Source: Schizochytrium sp. TIO01 (lineage: Eukaryota; Protista; Bigyra: Labyrinthulomycetes). From it: a stretch of 64,000 nt of DNA. A program made the position numbers and the translations under genes. The notes beneath the pieces were generated by a model. It was not told the DNA's origin and did no database searches. It worked only from the letters and a program-made list of their open reading frames with translations. Numbering within the stretch: the first letter of the stretch is position 1; each line of letters starts with the position of its first letter. Below are positions 1-8,996 of the stretch, one piece after another. The DNA lies in the NCBI GenBank assembly GCA_004764695.1, contig SMSO01000035.1:620001-684000 (forward strand), in the 5' to 3' direction.

Positions 1-1348
1 CACGCTCACGACGAGCAGCTTCACGAGGGCCAGGTACTGACATATTCTGAGATTCCTCTTGCCCTCTTTCAGCCTCGAGTGTCGCCAAGTCTGCGCGAGC
101 CTTCTCAAGGTTTGCCTGCAGAAGGAATAGCTCCTTTTCCAGTGCTTGATTTTCAGATTGCGCCCTACGAAGCTCAAGGTCAAGCTGGGCACCACGACTT
201 CGACGCCGCGGTACATTCTTTTTACCACGAGCACGCTCTTGATTCAATAAACCAAGGTTGCCACCTTCTTTCGCCTTTTCCATTATATATTTTCCATTGG
301 GCCATTGTCTACGATCGGCACCGTTGCTTAAAACATCAAGCACCTCAGGTGGCTCAGCAACCTTAAATGTATGACGGCCATGGGAGTTACTTTTGTCTTT
401 TCCCAAACCTGTAGGGACGATCTGTCCTATGGAGTTTCGAGTGTAGACACCATGCATTTCCTCCTCCTGAAGTAATATTCTTTCTGCTTCCAAGATGCGG
501 ATCATGTCCACTTCCTCACGAGGAGCAGTCAAAATCAACGAGCTTGCCTCTGGCTTGCCAGTCTTTGGTTTGCCCGCACGTTGCTCATGCTGGGGAGTAG
601 TTGGAGGCATTTTCATATCTGGGTCATTAATTACAGGAGTTTCATAAGGAGTTTTAGTTGCTGTCCGAGAGTTTTCTGGCGCACCCCGAATACGCTTCCG
701 AGATTTGGGGTTTTTGTGTGCTGGTGATGATGTTTTCGAGACCCGGCCAGGGATAAGAGGCTCATTTGCTGCAGGACTATCATCTAATGTGCGTGAAATC
801 ATGAATGGATTTCGGATAGCTGATGTCCCTAACCAAGATTCGATAGTAGAGCTTTTTGCAAGGAAATCAAGATCTGATGCGATTCGCAGCAAATAGTTAG
901 TCCCATTCCACACAAATTGTGAGCCAGCGGGAGCCCCACGCTTCCACCGAATGACATTATCAATGACGTCAAGTGTCACTGTTCGTAAGAGGTCAGCAAG
1001 ATCAACAAACTCATGCTGTTTCTCGGCAAGTGCCGCACCAGAAAGACCTCGAATACGATCTATGTAATTCTCGCGTAAGACAATACATTTGAGTACTTCG
1101 ACCTCTCGCAAAGGATCACTACCACTGGGACGTTGAAATGTGACCCCACCGCTAGCTGTCACCATAGATCGCGTGACAACAGGGATCCCTTCTGCTGTTG
1201 AAGAAAGATCACTACGTGCATCGCGGCTCTTCGCATCAACCCGGGCGCGCTTTGTCTCTCTCTCTACAGAAAGAAGTCGCTTTTGCACATGTCTACTCCT
1301 CGCTACACGACAATGCGGATCGCGAAGTGCATCGTAAGCTGACGACAT
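1..1348 (-). CDS. Conserved hypothetical protein, N-terminal part (runs off the window start; absent from the ORF track)
   Basis: Manual translation from the ATG at 1348 gives MSSAYDALRDPH...EVEVLKCIVLRENYIDRI...DLLRTVTLDVIDNVIRWKRG...FVWNGTNYLLRIASDLDFL...WLGTSAIRNPF. The same frame is open near the window edge with coiled-coil-like sequence (LDLELRRAQSENQALEKELFLLQANLEKARADLATLE). The middle third was not translated codon by codon. Confidence 0.8.
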   Translation of the reverse strand, partial: MSSAYDALRDPHCRVARSRHVQKRLLSVERETKRARVDAKSRDARSDLSSTAEGIPVVTRSMVTASGGVTFQRPSGSDPLREVEVLKCIVLRENYIDRIRGLSGAALAEKQHEFVDLADLLRTVTLDVIDNVIRWKRGAPAGSQFVWNGTNYLLRIASDLDFLAKSSTIESWLGTSAIRNPFMISRTLDDSPAANEPLIPGRVSKTSSPAHKNPKSRKRIRGAPENSRTATKTPYETPVINDPDMKMPPTTPQHEQRAGKPKTGKPEASSLILTAPREEVDMIRILEAERILLQEEEMHGVYTRNSIGQIVPTGLGKDKSNSHGRHTFKVAEPPEVLDVLSNGADRRQWPNGKYIMEKAKEGGNLGLLNQERARGKKNVPRRRSRGAQLDLELRRAQSENQALEKELFLLQANLEKARADLATLEAERGQEESQNMSVPGPREAARRER

Positions 1349-1913
1349 CGCCCTTGTTTGTCTTCACAAACGATTGCCTTTGCCGCCGGCAAGCCTTCAC
1401 TTAAGGCACAGATGTACGATAGAGCAGATTGTTGCGCAAATTTGAAGGCCAGTCGCAACCTGATCACTATTCTTGTGCGAAAAGCTGTTTCTCGCTGTAT
1501 ATATGAGGTTGCGTTTAAGTAGCTAAGAAATTAGCAATGCATCTATTACATTACTATGATAGCAAGCTTAATTCATTCAAATCAATGCTGAGAGAAAGAG
1601 GTTCTAAACTAATTTACGCAAACCGGAAGGTTCTAGTCTTAAACTGTATTGAAAAAGCAGCAGGTGTATGCTGATATTCAAAACTATCTACAGATAACCT
1701 AGTTATACGGTACCTTGTGTCTGTCTTTGATTTTCCTTCACCATCCTTCCCTTCATATTTTTGTCGAAGAGTCCTGGTTTGACCTTCCTTAAACTTTTGA
1801 ATAAAACAAAGATCCGTTCATTTGAACTTTGGCATTCCCACGTGTGTACTTGAGGTCGTTAGTATAACGGGAGGCCTCATCTATGATACTTATTTTCGTA
1901 GACTCCTTATTTG

Positions 1914-1931
1914 CCCCCCCCCCCCCCCCCC
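1914..1931 (+). repeat. C18 homopolymer (G18 on minus strand)
   Basis: 18 consecutive C in AT-rich intergenic DNA. Confidence 0.95.
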
Positions 1932-2127
1932 AAATTGAAAATGGGAATGCCTTCAACTACCTATACTAATACTAACTAGCTTGCACCTGTATACACTATC
2001 ATGCCTGATGCATCAAGGCGAATAAAAAGTAAGGTAGGTTAGGTAACTACGTAGATATTGCCTTTGGACCGAATTTGGAGATCAGGATCAGGAGGTGAAG
2101 GTTGAGTGACATGATGGAGAATAAAGA

Positions 2128-2340
2128 CTATTTCGTTGAAGAGCCCTGACTTGTTACTGCGCTTGCATTCATCATCCATCTATGCCACACTGCACAAACC
2201 CGAACCAAGTCCTCTTGATATCTAACAACATTGTCGCAGTTTCTCTGAAGTCGTTCAATTTCGCTTTCAAGAGACATGACTGCAGACTGGAGGTCCTTGA
2301 TAGCGTCCAAGACATCTTTGCCAGACGCATTAGATCCCAT
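2128..2340 (-). CDS. Small helical protein, candidate DASH/Dam1 kinetochore subunit (Dad4/Dad1-like)
   Basis: First ATG at 2340 (the track start at 2370 is TTG) gives 70 aa. Heptad helix ends in DLVRVCAVWHRW, matching the D/E-phi-x-x-V-x-x-phi-W tail and size of Dad4/Dad1. Confidence 0.5.
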   Translation of the reverse strand: MGSNASGKDVLDAIKDLQSAVMSLESEIERLQRNCDNVVRYQEDLVRVCAVWHRWMMNASAVTSQGSSTK

Positions 2341-3144
2341 CCTAAGGCCTGTGTCTAATCTACTGCGCAAGCTCCGCCTCCGTCGAAGATTTGGCCCAAG
2401 AGAAGAAGTAGGCTGTCAAACTGTGTTTGATCTGATGCTTGCACCAGGCGATGTTTACACTAGGTCAATGAAAAGTAAGTAGCAACAAGGAGCAGTAAGC
2501 AACTAGTGAGACGTTCTGCAGCGTGCTCACAAGATTCTCTCAGAACTCTGTCACCGCGTTTCACAGGCATTCACAATATACCCTGACTTCAAAACGGGCG
2601 TATTTTGTGATTACTAGAGACCGCAAGCCCTGATTCACTCTTTCTCTGTTATTCGCTTTTATGAAGCGCAGAGGGGTAAAGTAGAAGTTAGTTGCCACTT
2701 TAAGAGTTGAGTGCTATCAATGTCAAATTATGATGGTCCAAAATTCAGGGCAGCACTAAGCTGGAGACGAGGTAGCCAACCAAGTTGGATTTTAGTTGTC
2801 GATACTTTGGACCCGCTCAAAAGAAAGGCTTGCTCAACATTCGAGGCCTTGGGACTGCGTGGATTAAAGTCTCTCCTAGATGTCAATGAGGTTTATGATC
2901 ATCATTTGCTGATTAACAAGTAATCAGTAATTATACAGTAGAAGCTGTGGCTTTTTGTTGAGATCTCTATTCAAGGGCAGAAAAGGCTGCAAAAGCGAAG
3001 CCAACAAGAACTTAGGGACAGCAACACATTTGTAAACCATCTGTACCACCATCTTCAACCAACGAATGAATTGATCAATTCACATTTTGACAAGGTTTTG
3101 CGCGTTTTCCCTACTCTGGTGCGCTGTCCTTATGAGTAGTCGTT

Positions 3145-5511
3145 ATGCAATCACGACTGGGAGGTATAAACTTCTTCCGCAAGAACTGGTCCAGCTCTAG
3201 AAATTCTTTGAACAGTTTAGATAACTCCTCAGATGAAGAAGATCTCAGCTCGGTTGATGCAAGTAGTTTTGAGAGTGACCATGAAGAAAACAGTAACAAT
3301 GAATATGTCCTGAACTTGTGTAGTTCAAAAGCCATTGAGCGGTACCCCCGAGCAAAAGAATTATTTCAAGCCTTACAGCGCCTCGACTTAGAAGGTGTCA
3401 TAGATGTGATTGAAGCAGATGAGAGCGACATTTGCAAGCAACTTGGGACGCGTCCGCCGCAAGGTATGCGTAAGGTATCAGAAAGATCCCCGTTAACTAA
3501 TGTTCAAGATGCATACGGGCAGACGCCATTGCTGCTTGCGTGCAGAATAGGCGCAGGTAGAGTTGTAATGGGACTTTTACTCCGGGGTGCAGATGCCAGA
3601 CTTGAAAACAAATTAGGGGTCACGCCATTAATTGCGTGTGCACAGTTTGGGAATGTAAATGCTGCCAAAGCGCTTTTGGATAAGCGCTTAGGACATGCCT
3701 TGCCCGATGTTCAATATGAGAACAAAAAAGGGAAAACCGTCTTTGACCATATTCTGCCGAGCTCGCGCTCTAAACTACTACCTGTTTTAGAGCAAGCACT
3801 CCAAGAGAAAGGCACATCTACTTTGCATCGCTTGGTCACTCAGACAGCGCTTGGGGTTTTGACGAAAAATAAGAATGTGAATTCGCGAAAAGGTTCGCTA
3901 ATGCACTGGGTACGCACTCAAACAACATATACGTTAATTAAGAAGCCCGAATATGCCCGAGAGCTTGCAGCGCGTAAAATCCAGCAGCAAATCAGAAATC
4001 ATTTGCTGCGCAGGAAATTTCGTGATGCAATTCAACGAGTAGCTGCCGAAGCTCGGTATGAACGAAAACGATATAATTATGCCGTGAAAATTCAAAGACA
4101 ATACCGTCGAAGACTTGCTCAAAAGCTATTAATTAAGGTTCAGCAGCGCCATCAAGCTGCTGTGGAAATTCAGAAGGTCTATCGCGGCTACATAGAGAGA
4201 AAAGGAAAGGCGATCGTTCTAGCTGCCAAGCAACAAGGCTTAAATATTTGGCAATTAAAGGAGTCTCATCGAGGATGGATGGCAAGGTACTACCTACGTG
4301 CTGTTGACGTCTTTTGGGAGCGTGCCGCTCTAGAGGCAATTATTAATATTAACCGCGTTGTTCGTGGCTGGCTAGCACGCTGCAAGGCTCGCCGAATCAA
4401 ACAAGAACGCTCCAGTGTGACACTTATTCAGAAGTATGTACGGGGCTACTTGGCACGCCTTTCATGGCGGGAAAATGAGCGAAATTTCAACATCAAAAGC
4501 CTTGTTTCAAGGCGATCACTAGAACAGACGCTGGATGACCTTACTTCGTTCTTACCACTTCTCCATGTGAAACGAGAAGTTGTGGCCGCAGAGCTCATAT
4601 GCCGAACAATGAAGCCATATGCGAAAGAGATGGTTTTGAGAAGTGAGACCACTCGAGCTACGCAAGCAGCTGTATGTATACAATCAGCCTTTCGAGGAAT
4701 GCTAGGAAGGCGTAAAGGCAATTTTGTCCGCAAACGTCATGCTGAACAAATTAGCCTCTTGGAGAACTGTCTATCGATAAATGGTTTACATACGATTGCA
4801 AAAAGGCAGACTGGTACAATTGGATGCTGTAAAAAATGTCCTTGCGGTTATTTCATGTGCGCTAAAGTTGGATCAGGGAAGTCTCGAGACATTTGTAAAA
4901 GGTGTGGGCATCATGAAGCTAATCACCTTCGTAAGAAGACTCGGGATGAGCTCGGGAATCACACTCCACTTTTAACTAATTTCAATATGCAACTTGGCCC
5001 TATTTCAAACCGAGAGCTCCAGGGTAGCATCTATAAGCAACGAAAGCTTAAGCTTCAAGCAGAACGCGAAGTTCGAAGTGCGGTGCGATCTCAAATTGAT
5101 GCGAATTGGGCAGCCCACATGGAGAAAATTGTTTCATTACATTCCAAGAGCACGCATACGCAAGCCTCTGAAACAACACAGCAAGATTTTAATATTGAAA
5201 ACAAAAAATCAACTGCAATTTTACTTAGCCAGCAATACAAATGGGCCAAAAGTCAAACCAGCATCTTGCGAATGCAAAAAGAGTTAAAGACACAACTTAG
5301 TGATCAATTGAAGCGTCTTGCCAAAATTGAACAGCTTTCAATGCATCCTTCAAAATTTAAATTCTGTCAAGCTAGCCCATCTGCGCAACAAAACCAAATT
5401 CAACTCCCACCATTATCACAACGACAGTTTAACAAAGGAAAGGTTGCACTTAAGAAAGGTTTAAGTGTCGAAGAGAGTAATATTCTGTCTGTTGAAGCAA
5501 AACAGAGATAA
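3145..5511 (+). CDS. Ankyrin-repeat, multi-IQ (calmodulin-binding) protein with Cys/His zinc-finger-like motif
   Basis: 788-aa ORF. Ankyrin motifs GQTPLLLAC, GVTPLIACA, GKTVFDH. IQ motifs IQQQIRNH, IQRQYRRR, IQKVYRGY, IQKYVRGYLAR, IQSAFRGMLGR. Cys/His motif CKKCPCGYF...CKRCGHHEANH. Confidence 0.9.
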   Translation: MQSRLGGINFFRKNWSSSRNSLNSLDNSSDEEDLSSVDASSFESDHEENSNNEYVLNLCSSKAIERYPRAKELFQALQRLDLEGVIDVIEADESDICKQLGTRPPQGMRKVSERSPLTNVQDAYGQTPLLLACRIGAGRVVMGLLLRGADARLENKLGVTPLIACAQFGNVNAAKALLDKRLGHALPDVQYENKKGKTVFDHILPSSRSKLLPVLEQALQEKGTSTLHRLVTQTALGVLTKNKNVNSRKGSLMHWVRTQTTYTLIKKPEYARELAARKIQQQIRNHLLRRKFRDAIQRVAAEARYERKRYNYAVKIQRQYRRRLAQKLLIKVQQRHQAAVEIQKVYRGYIERKGKAIVLAAKQQGLNIWQLKESHRGWMARYYLRAVDVFWERAALEAIININRVVRGWLARCKARRIKQERSSVTLIQKYVRGYLARLSWRENERNFNIKSLVSRRSLEQTLDDLTSFLPLLHVKREVVAAELICRTMKPYAKEMVLRSETTRATQAAVCIQSAFRGMLGRRKGNFVRKRHAEQISLLENCLSINGLHTIAKRQTGTIGCCKKCPCGYFMCAKVGSGKSRDICKRCGHHEANHLRKKTRDELGNHTPLLTNFNMQLGPISNRELQGSIYKQRKLKLQAEREVRSAVRSQIDANWAAHMEKIVSLHSKSTHTQASETTQQDFNIENKKSTAILLSQQYKWAKSQTSILRMQKELKTQLSDQLKRLAKIEQLSMHPSKFKFCQASPSAQQNQIQLPPLSQRQFNKGKVALKKGLSVEESNILSVEAKQR

Positions 5512-6268
5512 AGAACAGCAGGTTTCAGGAAGCTTGCCTTGTGCTTATGAAGACCATGCTGATTCAGATGACCATTCGATGTCTATTAAGCCGCTATGTT
5601 TAAATGAAGGACCAAAGTACCTCTCGACGGGATCTTTTGCAAATGTGCAGGCGGAGTTTTCGTCTACACGCATAAATGCGCAAGGTTTACTCGATAAGAG
5701 GAGTTGCAGCAAGTGTATAGAAGATAAAAATAAGCACCAAGGCTTTGGTGCTGGTGCTGGTGATGACGAACGCTTGTGTTGGTCTATAAAAAACCTTGAC
5801 GCACACCTGATTAAGCGTAAGTTGGGTCTACAATCATCTCTAAACAATCTTACCTGCAACGATCAGGATCATAGAAGATTTGGTAAAATGCAGGTTAGAG
5901 ATAAACTTTCAGAAAATCATCAGTCATCTTTAGAAGTGTGTGAAAAAACCCTATTCTGGCTAATTGGACAAGAAAGTACGGTTTTCCCAGTTCAGAGGAC
6001 ACCTGCTATAGTTGGTCGCTCTCCCCCCAGTGATATTATAGTGTCCGACAAGAACTTCGAAAATCCTTTGATGGTTTCTAAGCGACATTGTATTCTACAT
6101 AGTGACAAGTCTCAGGGAGTAGTCGAGTTACGAGATATAAGTACAAATGGAACTTTTGTGAACAACGTTCGTGTAGGAAAAAATTGTTCAGTGCTTCTTA
6201 AGGATGGTGATACTTTTTCTTTAGGCATGAATGGTATAACATTTATTCTCAAGCTATTGTCTCCGTAA
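5465..6268 (+). CDS. FHA-domain protein (first ATG 5579, or C-terminal continuation of the upstream gene)
   Basis: Canonical FHA residues VGR, VSKRH, DISTNGTFVN, LKDGD. The 5' boundary is uncertain because the frame overlaps the upstream ORF. Confidence 0.8.
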   Translation: MSKRVIFCLLKQNRDKEQQVSGSLPCAYEDHADSDDHSMSIKPLCLNEGPKYLSTGSFANVQAEFSSTRINAQGLLDKRSCSKCIEDKNKHQGFGAGAGDDERLCWSIKNLDAHLIKRKLGLQSSLNNLTCNDQDHRRFGKMQVRDKLSENHQSSLEVCEKTLFWLIGQESTVFPVQRTPAIVGRSPPSDIIVSDKNFENPLMVSKRHCILHSDKSQGVVELRDISTNGTFVNNVRVGKNCSVLLKDGDTFSLGMNGITFILKLLSP

Positions 6269-6822
6269 CACAGAGATCCGGGTTAGAGTGCCCGCCCTCC
6301 CTGGTGAATTTTAGCTTGATCATACATGCAGTGGTTTGCTTAGATAGATGAACATGTTTTTGAATTTTTTTTATGTTATAGTAAAACAACGTGCAGATAG
6401 ACTCTATGGATGCTTCGGATCTTTGGTGAGAAAATGTCTAGAGGAATGAAATCACTAATATTTGCATAACCATTCACCTTTTACAGATTCTGCAAAAGGT
6501 TAATTAGGAACTATGTAGTCCCCTGCCTTCAACCGGAGCATCTTCTGTAATCTCTATTTCGCTAAAATCTAGAACTATCCGTACTTAGAAAATATATACC
6601 TAATTCAATTTTTTTAGCGTTTGCGAGTTTTCAAGATTTTAAAATTAAATTAAAACTTAAAAGTGAGTAAAATAAAATAAAGTTAAGAAGAGTTGATTAT
6701 ATATATATATTTTTTAAGTGTTTCTTAGAACCTTTTTTATGAATTAGATATATATATATTTATATACGCTGGTGTCCATTGGGTACCTACCTACCGACCT
6801 AGTGTCCATAGGACATTTTCCC

Positions 6823-6846
6823 TTTTTTTTTTTCTTTTTTTTTTTT
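6823..6846 (+). repeat. Poly-T tract
   Basis: T11-C-T12 run. Confidence 0.85.
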
Positions 6847-8996
6847 CTTGTGCACACTGTCATATTTTAAGCATATACATGTTTCAAATAGAGAACATAA
6901 AACCTGGACATTTTACAATGGTGGTGGTACGTAGGTATGCATTAGAACCAGATCCATTAAACTACAGATGCATTGTATGTGACTAAGAGTGGGCATCCGC
7001 ATGAGTTGGAGGTGCCTCCCTTACTCGTGCTCAGTTGAGAAAGAAGAAATCTCGCGCAGCAAGCTACGTCTTTCTATGGACTTCATGATGCCAGCAGATC
7101 ACTGCCTAGATACTTTCTTTTTTTTTCCCTGCTCTTTACTATGAATAAATCTTCCTCGATTCAGAGTCATAGTGGCCATACGGCCAGCACAATATGCGCC
7201 ATGCACGATCTGAGATGTTAGCTTCCAATAAATGTATTCTATACTGTCGAATTTACATATCTTCATCAAAAGTAGTACCTGAGAAGGTAACTAGGTATTG
7301 AAAAGTGAAAAGTTGATTATAGGCACTTAAAGTTACACCTGTTTCAAGATTTAAACTTTGTTTTCTGTATTTTTGTATTTCTGCACCATCGTATTTTATT
7401 TCTTTATTTCAAAGAACAAAGTAATATTAACAGTACAGGGCTTTCAGTTGAATTGCATGTGTGCGATCAAGATCACAGATTACATAAACAAAATCAAGAT
7501 TTTCATCAAGATTGAGGATTGAGAGATGCTCTTATCAGTAGATTGGAGGTAAAGCATGATACAATGTAACTTTAATTAAATATAAAACAACGTCAAAAGG
7601 TGGTCACCAGTAGTGTGAAAGCAATGAAATGAGAAGGAAGGAAGGAATTTAGAGTTCTTTTACCTTGTGCACGCGCGCGCGCGGTCTATTTCAATGGAAC
7701 ATTTGTCTGTTGCTGTGGACCTAACCATTAAGAAACTAACATCTGAACCAGCTAATACCTACTATTGAAATGAGACCCCCAGATTTTTTAGCTGGGTCTT
7801 TTGGTTGCAGTATTAGTACCTAGATACCTAGTACCTGCTTGCACTTTTTCTTTTTCTTTTTCTATTTTAAAGTCTTACAAAAGATGTGGTAAGAAAAATG
7901 AAAAATGAAAAATGAATTTACTACTTAGTACTTTTCAATGGAGTGCAAATTTATTCCTCGTCTGGATTGTATAGTAGTAAGTTCAACCTGAAGCATCATC
8001 ATGAGCTTGTATCACAATAGTTATGATACAGTCGGAGTCGGAGGTAGAGGGTGTGCATTCCCTGATTCGTTTTAACACCTTGGGCATCATAATCTTCATA
8101 GACTAAGTAGATGTAGACTGAACAGAATAAAAACCTATCCTAGTGAGATGGATCAATCTATCCAAATACTTTTTAGTATAGCAACAGCAATTTTTCTGAA
8201 TAAGTTTATAGGTCATTGATATATGTAGTACTGCATCTGATTTCAATGTACCAACCAGCGCAATGGCATCAGTCTACTCCGACTTGGTGAAGTACATTAA
8301 TGTTCGCTTCAGACAATTGAAAGAATTACGCTTTGAAGTTTGGGGGACCTAAAACTACGACACCGACTGCACATGGTATCTTTTATTTAGTGACAAAGCG
8401 GAAGTATTGGAGTAGACCGGTAGTGTGCACAACTCTTGAATGAAACAGTTGCATAGAACAATATGAAGCTTTCCTTCTCTGCATCTCTGAATTGAATGAA
8501 CATTACCCTGTGCAGTACATTCTTATTTTCAATGGTCGCTAAATTGATCATGTTTGATGCAGCCTGGTATGATCAGCTCATTTTGACATGCATTTGGAAG
8601 ATTTTCCGAATACACACTAGTACCTATCTCAGGCAAAATGCATTAAAAGTAGGAGTAATATGTTTCTACTGGACTTTACCCAAGTAAAAGGATTTAAGAG
8701 AACAGCACTTACAAAAATTATTTTCATTTTTCTTCAAGCTGCCTTTTAAGATTAGAAGATTAGGTTGAATACCTACTGGTACTAATTAATTCTATAGTAC
8801 ACTGATACTTTTATTTTAATTAAATATATTATATATATTTAAAATAGTTAAAGTAAAAAAATCATTGCTAACTTCAGGTTGATATTTGGAAAGAAAATAT
8901 GTACTCTGTGCAGATCCATTGGACTTATGGATGCAGCAATTCCCATTCGCTGGATTTCCCGATCAAAAAGCTTGGAAAAATAACGTGGTCATCTCC

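Noticed and set aside
6272-6305. tRNA T-arm-like string gagatccgggttagagtgcccg
   Set aside because: No TTCRA loop, acceptor stem or D arm, so no cloverleaf
7171-7215. ggccatac resembling a 5S rRNA 5' end
   Set aside because: Similarity does not extend; no internal A/C boxes or closing stem
7745-7820. Imperfect hairpin (agaccc...gggtct) as a MITE
   Set aside because: Short, imperfect arms, no TSD and no second copy in the window
8886-8996. ORF-track N-terminal extension of the giant cadherin (likewise the extended starts at 22522, 41025, 45305, 59077)
   Set aside because: These use bacterial-style TTG/GTG starts. In a eukaryote the downstream ATG fits the signal peptide or family N-terminus.
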